DNA of 64,000 nt. It comes from an uncultured Bacteroidales bacterium (GTDB lineage: Bacteria; Bacteroidota; Bacteroidia; Bacteroidales; VadinHA17). Below the pieces are notes generated by a model. It was not told the origin of the DNA, made no database searches, and worked only from the letters and a program-made list of their open reading frames with translations. A program made the position numbers and the translations under genes. The number at the start of each line of letters is the position of its first letter. The first letter of the stretch is position 1. The stretch covers positions 279,607-343,606 of the forward strand of contig CAVXUP010000002.1 in NCBI GenBank assembly GCA_963765005.1. The letters are read 5' to 3'. This document shows, in pieces, positions 39,158 through 47,491 of the stretch.

Positions 39158-39208
39158 CAAAATCGGGAATATTTTAATTAATTTTTATAAAACACTTAAT
39201 ATTTTAAA

Positions 39209-39330
39209 GTCCGAAGACCGAAGACCGGAGACCGGAGTTTTCATTCAGGACATCACCCTGGCCCCAAAGGGGGAATTTGAAGAGCTTCTAACTTCGGACT
39301 TCGGTCTTCCGTCTTCGGTCTTCTGTCTTC
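39209..39330. repeat. Word-array hairpin: (ccgaaga/ccggaga) x4 arm, ~55-nt loop, (tcttcgg-type) x5 arm
   Basis: Read directly. Starts 12 nt after the aroA stop. Shares the 17-mer ccgaagaccgaagaccg with 42745-42811. Confidence 0.85.
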
Positions 39331-39341
39331 TTATTCGTGAA

Positions 39342-40580
39342 TCACCGCCCCAGCGACCTCATATCGTCAAAGAATCCCGGATACGATTTTGCAACGCAGT
39401 GCGAATCCCTGATATGGACTTTTCCGCTTGCCCCCAGGGCAGCAACCGCTGTTGCCATGGCTATACGATGATCTTCATGCGATTCAACATGAGCACCAGA
39501 AGGCTTGCCGCCAGTCACATACATTACATCGCCGTTTACTTCAACCTTTATATTCATCTTACCGAACTCATTCATAAGTGTCGCAGCCCTGTCGCTCTCT
39601 TTATGGGCAAGTCGCGATACACCAGTTATTGAGGATACTCCATTGCAATAAGCGGCAAGTGCGACAAGAGGCGGGAAGAGGTCGGGTGACTCGGTTGCAT
39701 CAAATTCAAAGGCCTTCAGGTCAGATTTTTTAACATAAATATACTCCTTGCCAGCATCTATTGAAGCCCCTGCACTAAGCAGGGCCTTTAAAATTCCCTT
39801 GTCGCTCTGATTGCTTTCAGAGTGCAGTCTTTCTATTTTCAGATCACCGTTTATTGCTCCGGCCACCAGTAAGAAAGCCGCTCCGCTCCAGTCTCCTTCA
39901 ACAGTATATTCGCAGGGGATATATTTTTGTTTTCCGGGAATAATAAACCTGTCATAACCGTCTCTCTCAATTTTGATTCCAAACGAAGCCAGTATACCGA
40001 GCGTCATGTCGATATAGGGTTTGCTTTTAAGGTTAATGACTTTTACATCTGAATCCTTTGGAGCAACAGGCAGTGCCATAAGAAGTCCTGTAAGAAGCTG
40101 GCTGCTGACCGACCCGTCGATTTCACATTTCCCTCCCTTAAGCGGCCCTTTTATCATCAGAGGTAAAAAACCGTCTGTGGATGTGCATTTTACTCCAAAC
40201 TGTTTAAGTGCATCGCCGATCATGTTCATCGGCCTTTTTCTGAGCGAGTTGGCGCCGGTTATTGTTATCTCTGCAGGATATAGTGCTGCAATAGGAGAGA
40301 ACATGCGGATTGCAAGACCAGATTCGCCGCAATTCAGCTTCGATTCTTTCAGTATGCCAGTCCCCCTGATTTTAAGCTCATGGGCTTCAGGTTTGATAAT
40401 GGCTCCCAGCCCTACAGCTATACTCATGGCAGCAACGGAGTCATCACAGTATGATGGATTATGGATTATTGTCTCTCCGTCGGCAAGCAATGCAGCTGCT
40501 ATTGCTCTTTGTGTCATGCTTTTTGATGTAGGGGCTTTGATTGTCCCTTTTATTTGTGACGGCTCTGCAATTCGTTCCAT
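39342..40580 (-). CDS. aroA: 3-phosphoshikimate 1-carboxyvinyltransferase (EPSP synthase)
   Basis: 412 aa; KSMTQRA, LNCGESGLAIR, RLAHKESDR, DHRIAMA motifs. Confidence 0.9.
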   Translation of the reverse strand: MERIAEPSQIKGTIKAPTSKSMTQRAIAAALLADGETIIHNPSYCDDSVAAMSIAVGLGAIIKPEAHELKIRGTGILKESKLNCGESGLAIRMFSPIAALYPAEITITGANSLRKRPMNMIGDALKQFGVKCTSTDGFLPLMIKGPLKGGKCEIDGSVSSQLLTGLLMALPVAPKDSDVKVINLKSKPYIDMTLGILASFGIKIERDGYDRFIIPGKQKYIPCEYTVEGDWSGAAFLLVAGAINGDLKIERLHSESNQSDKGILKALLSAGASIDAGKEYIYVKKSDLKAFEFDATESPDLFPPLVALAAYCNGVSSITGVSRLAHKESDRAATLMNEFGKMNIKVEVNGDVMYVTGGKPSGAHVESHEDHRIAMATAVAALGASGKVHIRDSHCVAKSYPGFFDDMRSLGR

Positions 40581-40595
40581 AATCTTCTGACGGTT

Positions 40596-41711
40596 TTATT
40601 TTTTCCTGACTTTCTCGTTCACTTCTTCGTTCATGACCTTCATCTGGTGGTTGATTGACTCCTGGTGAATTGCCTTGAAGATTGTATCAATCAGTTCGGC
40701 ACTAAGGCCTTTAGCCTCTCCTCTTACAATCACCTTTTTTATTATTTCATCCCAGCGGGTGCTCTGCAAGATAGTGATATTATTTTCCTTTTTATAACGT
40801 CCGATTGTTTCTGCTACTTTCATTCTCTGTTCCATCAGATCGAGCAGGTGATCGTCGTAAATGTCGATCTGCTGCCGTAATTCTCCAAGTACATCAAGCA
40901 ATCTGGGATCGTTTGTATTCGCATTTCTGTAAATGAGCCTGCTCAGGAGCTCCTTCAGATCATTGGGTGTCAGCTGCTGCGCAGAGTCGCTGAGTGCTTT
41001 TGCAGGGTTGATATGCGACTCTATCATAAGTCCGTCGAAGTTGAGATCCATGGCCTTTTGTGAGATCTCGTGCAGGTATTGCCTTGCACCGGCAATATGA
41101 CTTGGATCGCAGATCATCGGCAGATCAGGGATACGCCGGCGCAATTCAATAGGGAGCTGCCAGTTGGGCTGGTTCCTGTATAGTGTTTTTTCGTACGAGG
41201 AGAAGCCGCGATGTATAGCGCCGATTCGTGTTATACCTGCTTTCGCTATACGTTCAATGGCACCCATCCAGAGTTCAATGTCAGGATTAATCGGATTCTT
41301 AACAAGAACCATAACATCGACCCCGTTAAGCGCATCTGAGATCTCCTGTACTGTGAAAGGATTAACAGATGTTCTGGCGCCTATCCACAAAAGGTCAATC
41401 CCATATTTGAGAGCTTCATAGACGTGCTTCTCGTTCGCAACCTCTGTACCAACAAGCAATCCTGTCTCCTGCTTTACACGCCTGAGCCATTTCAGCCCTT
41501 CGCTTCCGACTCCCTCGAATGAGTTTGGACGGGTCCGGGGCTTCCAGATCCCTGCGCGAAAGATGCTTATTTGATCTATGCTTGCCAGCTGACGGGCTGT
41601 CTCCATAACCTGTTCTTCCGTCTCAGCACTGCAAGGACCTGAGATTAAAAATGGTTTGCCTTTATAGCCTCTCCAGTCCTTAATAAGTGAATTCTCAAGA
41701 TTTAATACCAT
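40596..41711 (-). CDS. Bifunctional 3-deoxy-7-phosphoheptulonate (DAHP) synthase (type I-beta) / chorismate mutase
   Basis: N-terminal KDO8PS-like DAHPS (ISGPCSAE, FRAGIWKPRT, ICDPSH) and a C-terminal AroQ-type CM helix region (LRQQIDIYDDHLLDLMEQRMKVAETIGRYK). Confidence 0.85.
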   Translation of the reverse strand: MVLNLENSLIKDWRGYKGKPFLISGPCSAETEEQVMETARQLASIDQISIFRAGIWKPRTRPNSFEGVGSEGLKWLRRVKQETGLLVGTEVANEKHVYEALKYGIDLLWIGARTSVNPFTVQEISDALNGVDVMVLVKNPINPDIELWMGAIERIAKAGITRIGAIHRGFSSYEKTLYRNQPNWQLPIELRRRIPDLPMICDPSHIAGARQYLHEISQKAMDLNFDGLMIESHINPAKALSDSAQQLTPNDLKELLSRLIYRNANTNDPRLLDVLGELRQQIDIYDDHLLDLMEQRMKVAETIGRYKKENNITILQSTRWDEIIKKVIVRGEAKGLSAELIDTIFKAIHQESINHQMKVMNEEVNEKVRKK

Positions 41712-41744
41712 TATTTTAAATGTTAGTCATTTATAATTTTAGAA

Positions 41745-41869
41745 ACAAGTTTGGAGTGAGCTAGAGTTTGGAGTGAGCTAGAGTTATAAGAAATCTACTA
41801 ATATATTAACTCTAGGCACTCCAAACTCCAAACTCCAAACTTGTTTTTAACTCTAGCTCACTCCAAACT
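41745..41869. repeat. Word-array hairpin from gtttggagtgagctagag (x2) and its complement plus (ctccaaa) x3
   Basis: Read directly. Fills the tyrA to DAHPS/CM spacer. Confidence 0.85.
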
Positions 41870-41870
41870 T

Positions 41871-42716
41871 TTAGTTTAGAATCTTCCTGATCTTATTCGC
41901 CTCCTCCATTAGCTCTTTCAGCCCTTCCATATCTCTTTCAACAATCATTTTTCTGAAAAGGTTCATCTTATCAATATATGTATCCATTACTTCAATTATA
42001 TATTCTGCATTCTCGACAAAGATTGGCGCCCATGTATCGCCGTTACTCTTTGCAAGCCTTACTGTGCTTTCGAAACCACCTCCGGCAAGTGTAAGGATGT
42101 TTTGTTCCTCATGCTCTTTGTCAAGTACACTTAAAGCAAGTGAGAAAGATGTTATATGTGAAATATGTGAAATATACGCAACGTGGATATCGTGATCGCT
42201 CGAGTTCATATACACCTTTTGCATATTCAGCAGGTCAAGCATCTTTTCAACTTTTTCAAGCGCATCGCTGTCGCTGAGCTCTCTGTCGCAGACAATTGCT
42301 CTTTTGTAATCAAAGAGATGTCCTATTGCAGCAAGCGGACCTGAGTATTCCGTACCAGCCATCGGGTGGACTGCAACATATCGGCCCCTGGCTTTATTGC
42401 CCTCTGATGCTTCGGCAATGCTGACCTTTGTTGAGCCCATATCTGTTACAACCTTGCCGGTGCCGGCTATCCTGTCGAGAATGACGGGAAGCAGTCTGCA
42501 GTTTGTATTAACAGGGGCAGAGAGGATAATGAGATCGCTGTTGTCAACTGCATTCTCAAGAGAGTCAATCTCGTCTGCCAGTCCGCAGAGCTTTGCGATG
42601 TTCTGGTGATGGAGGTTTGAGTCAACTCCGATAATGCGGTCTGTAAATCCACGCCTGCGCAGGTCAACAGCCAGCGACCCTCCAATAAGTCCTATACCTA
42701 TTATTGCTATAGTCAT
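41871..42716 (-). CDS. tyrA: Prephenate dehydrogenase
   Basis: N-terminal Rossmann IAIIGIGLIGGSLA; HPMAG motif. Confidence 0.85.
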   Translation of the reverse strand: MTIAIIGIGLIGGSLAVDLRRRGFTDRIIGVDSNLHHQNIAKLCGLADEIDSLENAVDNSDLIILSAPVNTNCRLLPVILDRIAGTGKVVTDMGSTKVSIAEASEGNKARGRYVAVHPMAGTEYSGPLAAIGHLFDYKRAIVCDRELSDSDALEKVEKMLDLLNMQKVYMNSSDHDIHVAYISHISHITSFSLALSVLDKEHEEQNILTLAGGGFESTVRLAKSNGDTWAPIFVENAEYIIEVMDTYIDKMNLFRKMIVERDMEGLKELMEEANKIRKILN

Positions 42717-42744
42717 TTTATTTATGAATGTAATTAGTATTAAT

Positions 42745-42811
42745 GACCGAAGACCGAAGACCGAAGTCCGAAGTTATTTTTACTTCGGTCTCCCGTCTTC
42801 CGTCTTCTGTC
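42745..42811. repeat. Word-array hairpin (gaccgaag) x4 / (cttcggtc-type) x4; right arm overlaps the aminotransferase 3-prime end
   Basis: gaccgaag accgaag accgaag tccgaag ttattttt acttcgg tctcccg tcttccg tcttctg tc. Confidence 0.85.
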
Positions 42812-43976
42812 TTTTTCCTAAATATTCTTCGAGCCTTGCTTTTGCTTCAAAAAGCCGCTCTTCGTTAGCGCAAAGCGAGATCCTGATATATCTCGCTCCG
42901 TTTTTTCCGAAAATAAATCCGGGTGTTATGAATACGTGCGTTGCCTGCAGGATATCCTCCACAAAACTCTCGCAATCAGTAGTTTTGTCAGTGATCCTTC
43001 CCCATACGAACAAACCTGTCTGTGAAGGGTCAAATCTGCACTCCAGCAGTTCCATAATCTCTTCGACTGTTTTACGTCGTCTGCGATAAACCTCGTTGAC
43101 CGTATCGTACCACGATTCAGGGTTTGCCAGGGCTTCAGCGGCGGCAAGCTGCATGGGAAGAAACATCCCTGAATCCATATTGCTTTTTACCTTAAGAATA
43201 TTCTTAATAAACCCGCTGTCGCCGGCAACCATTCCTACTCTCCATCCTGCCATATTATGCGATTTGCTCAAAGAATTCAGCTCAAGTGCTGTTTCCTTCG
43301 CACCATCAGTCGCAAGCAGGCTGAGATGGTTTTTATTCAGGATGAAGCTATATGGATTATCATTACACAGAAGTATGCCATGTTTTTGGGCAAAAGCGAC
43401 CAGTCTTGTAAAGAGCTTTTGTGAACCGTTTGTACCTGAAGGCATATGAGGATAGTTCACCCACATGAGCTTCACCCTCGAAAGGTCACTGTTCTCAAGT
43501 GCACCAAGGTCGGGAAGCCATCCTCCTTCTTCATTAAGGTCATAGGTCCTTGCCACCCCGCCGACAAGGTTCGTAACCGAAGAATATGTCGGATACCCCG
43601 GATCAGGAATGAGCACCTCATCGCCCGGATTGACATAAGCCATGCTGATGTGCATAATGCCCTCCTTGCTGCCCATAAGGGGAAGGATCTCTTTGTCAGG
43701 GTCAAGTTCAACATTGAAATATTTGCGGTACCAATCTGCAAAAGCCTTTCTCAGGACCGGAGCCCCTGTATAGCTCTGGTAGCCATGAGTCGTCTTTTTC
43801 CGTGCCTCTTCTGCGAGCGTGGCAACAGTGCTTTCCGAAGGAGCCTGATCGGGACTTCCGATACCAAGGTTGATGATATCCGCGCCAGACCTGCGCATCA
43901 TCTCTATCTGCGCTAATTTCCGTGAGAAGTAGTATTCCTCTACACTGTTTGTGCGTTCTGCCGGTTTAACTTTCAT
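42780..43976 (-). CDS. Class I/II PLP-dependent aminotransferase (aromatic/aspartate type)
   Basis: NSLSKSHNMAGWRVG (PLP-Lys motif) and NPGDEVLIPDPGYP. The last ~10 codons (KRQKTEDGRPK) lie inside the ccgaaga hairpin arm. Confidence 0.85.
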   Translation of the reverse strand: MKVKPAERTNSVEEYYFSRKLAQIEMMRRSGADIINLGIGSPDQAPSESTVATLAEEARKKTTHGYQSYTGAPVLRKAFADWYRKYFNVELDPDKEILPLMGSKEGIMHISMAYVNPGDEVLIPDPGYPTYSSVTNLVGGVARTYDLNEEGGWLPDLGALENSDLSRVKLMWVNYPHMPSGTNGSQKLFTRLVAFAQKHGILLCNDNPYSFILNKNHLSLLATDGAKETALELNSLSKSHNMAGWRVGMVAGDSGFIKNILKVKSNMDSGMFLPMQLAAAEALANPESWYDTVNEVYRRRRKTVEEIMELLECRFDPSQTGLFVWGRITDKTTDCESFVEDILQATHVFITPGFIFGKNGARYIRISLCANEERLFEAKARLEEYLGKRQKTEDGRPK

Positions 43977-44029
43977 ACAGCATGTCTCCTTTCAGATAAA
44001 CTCCGAGAATCTCGAGGTTTGTAGTATAG

Positions 44030-44804
44030 TTACTTAATGCCCGTCTTATCACGTCTGCGTTTGTGTTCTTTGGGAAGCTCAAGATCGAGATAAAACATAT
44101 ATTCCCACTCCCCGTTCAGTCGCGGGACAGATTGGATTTTTGTAAGGTTTATATCGAGTTCTGCTATCTTGACAAGCACCCTGGCCAGAGATCCGGGTTT
44201 GTGGCCGGTTGAGAAGCAGACTGATACCTTATTGCCCTTGCGATTCCCCATTTCCTCCTTGCCGACAACCATAAAGCGGGTGTAATTCTGCTTGTAGGTT
44301 TCTATACCTTCTGCAAGGATCTCAAGTCCGTATATTTCAGCAGAAATCGCTGAAGCAATTGCAGCGACTCCCTTCTCCCTGGTTTCGCTTATTTCCCTTG
44401 CACTTCCGGCTGTATCATCACTTTCGATAAGGGTTATGCCCGGAAACTGGTTAAGGTATGTCATGCACTGAGCTATGGCTATGGGATGCGATCTTATCTT
44501 ATTTATCTCTGATATGCTCTGTCCGGGCAGAGCCATCAGGTTCTGCCTTATCCGGAGATTGTGCTCACCGAGGATCTTCATACCTGATTCCCTGTAGCAG
44601 AGTATAGTTATACAGTATACTTCCTGAACGGGCATTTTCTATTGCCATTACTGCAAAATCAGCATCACCTGCCTTCAGAGTATTAAGTGTAAGATCAAAT
44701 GTCGAACATGGAACGATATCAATCTCATCATAGCTGAAATACTGCCTTGCAGCAACTTCATGAAAACATCCCTTTTCTCCCTGAATAGCAATTTTCATCT
44801 TCAA
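44030..44804 (-). pseudogene. pheA: Prephenate dehydratase, one +1 frameshift at a G3 run
   Basis: ORFs 44565-44804 and 44030-44635. Joining AIENARSGSILYNYTLLQ to ESGMKILGEH requires removing one G (plus-strand ccc 44590-44592). C-terminal ACT domain present. Confidence 0.8.
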
Positions 44805-44819
44805 AGTAGTATTAAAATG

Positions 44820-44845
44820 GCAAGGGCCCCTCGAGGGACCCTTGC
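44820..44845 (-). terminator. GC-rich hairpin (candidate attenuator) between the Phe/Tyr leader and pheA
   Basis: Minus-strand RNA gcaaggguccc-ucga-ggggcccuugc (11 bp including one G-U) followed by cauuuuaau. It ends 15 nt before the pheA ATG (21-nt stretch from hairpin end to start codon). Confidence 0.5.
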
Positions 44846-44883
44846 TTTACAAAAATTATCTTTATCTGTATACAAAAATCCCT

Positions 44884-44949
44884 CTATCTCTCTTTAAAAT
44901 AAAAAAAGAAGTAAAAATAGGAGTAGAAGTATTTGTACACAATATTCAT
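44884..44949 (-). CDS. Candidate Phe/Tyr leader peptide MNIVYKYFYSYFYFFFYFKER
   Basis: Hand-translated minus-strand mini-ORF of 21 codons, of which 6 are Tyr and 6 are Phe. It lies upstream of the pheA-aminotransferase-tyrA-DAHPS/CM-aroA genes. Confidence 0.6.
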   Translation of the reverse strand: MNIVYKYFYSYFYFFFYFKER

Positions 44950-44970
44950 TATTGTCGCTTTATAGGCTTA

Positions 44971-45000
44971 CAAAAGTAATCTATTTTTTAATAATGCAAA
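44971..45000 (-). promoter_or_regulatory. Bacteroidota-type promoter candidate (TTTG-N18-TACTTTTG) for the Phe/Tyr leader
   Basis: The minus strand reads aTTTGcattattaaaaaatagatTACTTTTGtaagcc, about 20 nt upstream of the leader ATG. Confidence 0.35.
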
Positions 45001-45199
45001 TAAAAATCAAGAAAAAATGCCGATACTGTAAACAGAGATTAAAACCAGAAGAAATTATGAAATTTTAACAGCTGTTAATGTTTTATTAAGGGCGTTATTA
45101 AAATTGTTTTTTTTTAATACCTTATTTTTACAGCAGCTGAGATTTGATTTTATGAGATAATGACACCTGAATAGTAAATAAGATTATACACTTTTTAAC

Positions 45200-47476
45200 A
45201 TGAGAACTACCATAACAATGATTATTGTGTTTGCAATTATTTCCCTTACTTATAATTGCACAACAAAACATCTGCCAATTGATGAACCTGTTGATCATGT
45301 TAATCCATATATGGGGAACATCAGCCACCTGCTTGTACCTACGTTTCCTACAATCCATTTGCCAAACAGCATGTTACGGGTATACCCCGAAAGAAGAGAT
45401 TATACCGGGCTCTTATTGAAAGGTTTGCCTCTCATGGTGACCAGTCATCGCGGTAGTTCAGCATTCAACCTGAGTCCTTTTCAGGGTGATGAGAAGGATA
45501 TTGAGTCAGTTGTTTCCTACAGTTATGATCTGGAGAAAATCAACACCCTATTCATATTCTGTTTACCTCGATGAACAGAAAACCGGCATTAACTTCGCGG
45601 TTTCTCACCAGTCAGCTCTTTATAAGATTACATTACGATAAAGATCAGGAATCATTTCTTATAATAAATTCACGTAACGGAGAGCTTAAATGGGACGGTA
45701 AGGCAATCAGCGGTTACCAGAATCTTGATAACAACACAAAGGTTTATATCTTCCTTGAATCGGATATCAATCCTCTGGGATCAGCAGTATATAAAGATGA
45801 TGCAATTTTAAAAGGTGAAACTGCTGCTGAAGGCAGGAACGCCTGTATCGTCCTGAATTACCCTTCAGATGCCTCAGTAATTAATGTCAGATATGGCATA
45901 TCATTTATTGACGAAGCCCAGGCAAAAAGAAACCTTGAGAGGGAAATAAAGAACTACGACCTGGACCAGTTAATATCACAGGGACGAGAAAAATGGAATG
46001 AAGCTCTTGGAAAAATAAAGGTTTCCGGTGGATCACCTGATGATCTTGCCGTTTTCTACACCTCTCTTTACCGTACCTATGAACGGCCTGTGAATATTAC
46101 CGAGGATGGCAGATACTATAGTGCATTCGACGGGAAAATTCATAATGCTGAAGGAATGCCTTTTTATACCGACGACTGGATCTGGGATACCTATCGTGCA
46201 ACACATCCGCTAAGAGTTTTATGCGAACCGAAGATGGAAGTTGATATTATTAACTCATATCTCCGTATGGCTGAACAGATGCAGGATAACTGGATGCCTA
46301 CTTTTCCTGAGATCACAGGCGACAGCCGCCGGATGAACTCAAATCATGCAGTTGCAACTGTTATTGATGCATATAATAAAGGATTAAGAGGATTTGATCT
46401 TGAAAAAGCTTATGAATCGTGCAGGAAGGGCATTATGGAAAAAACACTGGCCCCATGGTCGGGAAAACCGGCCGGTGAACTTGACAGGTTCTACAGGGAC
46501 CATGGATACATTCCCGCTCTTAAAGAGGATGAAAAAGAGACAATCCCGGAAGTTCATTCCTTCGAAAGAAGACAGCCTGTTGCAGTGACCCTTGGTACAG
46601 CCTACGATGAGTGGTGTCTTGCCCAGATAGCAAGGGAATTGGGAAAAACAGAAGACTATAACTATTTTCTTAAATGCGTCATATAATTATCGTAATCTGT
46701 TTAATGCTGAAACTGATTTCTTTCACCCGAAAGACAGCAAAGGCAATTTCATTATGCCCTTCGACTATAAATTTTCAGGAGGACAGGGTGCCCGGGGTTA
46801 TTATGGTGAGAATAATGCCTGGACCTACCGCTGGGATGTGCAGCATAATATAGCCGATCTTATCAGCCTGATGGGAGGCGATGAGGCATTTCTATCGAAA
46901 CCTCGATGCTACATTTGTTGAACCGCTTGGCAAAAGTAAATTTGAGTTTTATGCCCAGTTGCCTGACCATACAGGTAATGTAGGACAATTCTCTATGGCT
47001 AACGAGCCTTCTCTTCATATTCCATATCTGTATAATTATGCCGGTCAACCATGGAAGACTCAGAAAATGATAAGGGCTCTGCTTACAGTATTGGTTCAGA
47101 AACGATCTGATGGGAGTTCCCGGCGATGAAGATGGAGGCGGGACATCAGCATTTGTGGTCTTTTCACAGCTTGGATTTTACCCTGTAACACCCGGATCGC
47201 CTACATATAATATAGGAGTCACCTGTATTCACAGAATCAGTTGTGAAGATGGATAATGGAAAGGAATTCAGGATAAAGGCAACAAATTGTTCTGACGACA
47301 ATAAGTATATCCAGTCTGCAAAGCTTAACGGGAAAGAGTGGAATAAACCGTGGTTCAGCCATGATGACATTAAGGATGGCGGATTACTTGAACTTGTAAT
47401 GGGAAAGATGGCAAACAGAGACTGGGGAAGCTCACCTGAGTCAGTACCTCCCTCTGCAGAAAGGCTGGAATTTTAA
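45200..47476 (+). pseudogene. GH92 alpha-mannosidase, multiple frameshifts
   Basis: Fragments 45200-45574, 45571-46686, 46881-47129, 47243-47476 plus unlisted pieces. GH92 motifs include SMANEPSLHIPYLYNYAGQPWKTQ and PGDEDGG (hand-translated at ~47120). The first break is an extra A in aaaa at ~45546. Confidence 0.75.
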
Positions 47477-47491
47477 CAAAAATCATTCTAT

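Noticed and set aside
39135-39632. 165-aa plus-strand ORF spanning the Trp-leader promoter, the ccgaaga hairpin and the 3-prime end of aroA.
   Set aside because: It is antisense to aroA for half its length and the rest is repeat/hairpin sequence. It has no recognisable domain and is spurious. The same reasoning applies to 40021-40590, 42634-43089, 43096-43916 and the many other antisense ORFs inside well-supported genes.
44845-44890. A GAGGGA (leader stop region) / UCCCUC (terminator 5-prime arm and loop) pairing as the anti-terminator of the Phe/Tyr attenuator.
   Set aside because: It is only 6 bp across a ~35-nt loop, against an 11-bp GC-rich terminator stem. That is too weak to assert by eye. 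It needs thermodynamic folding and covariation, so the attenuator is reported without a defined anti-terminator.
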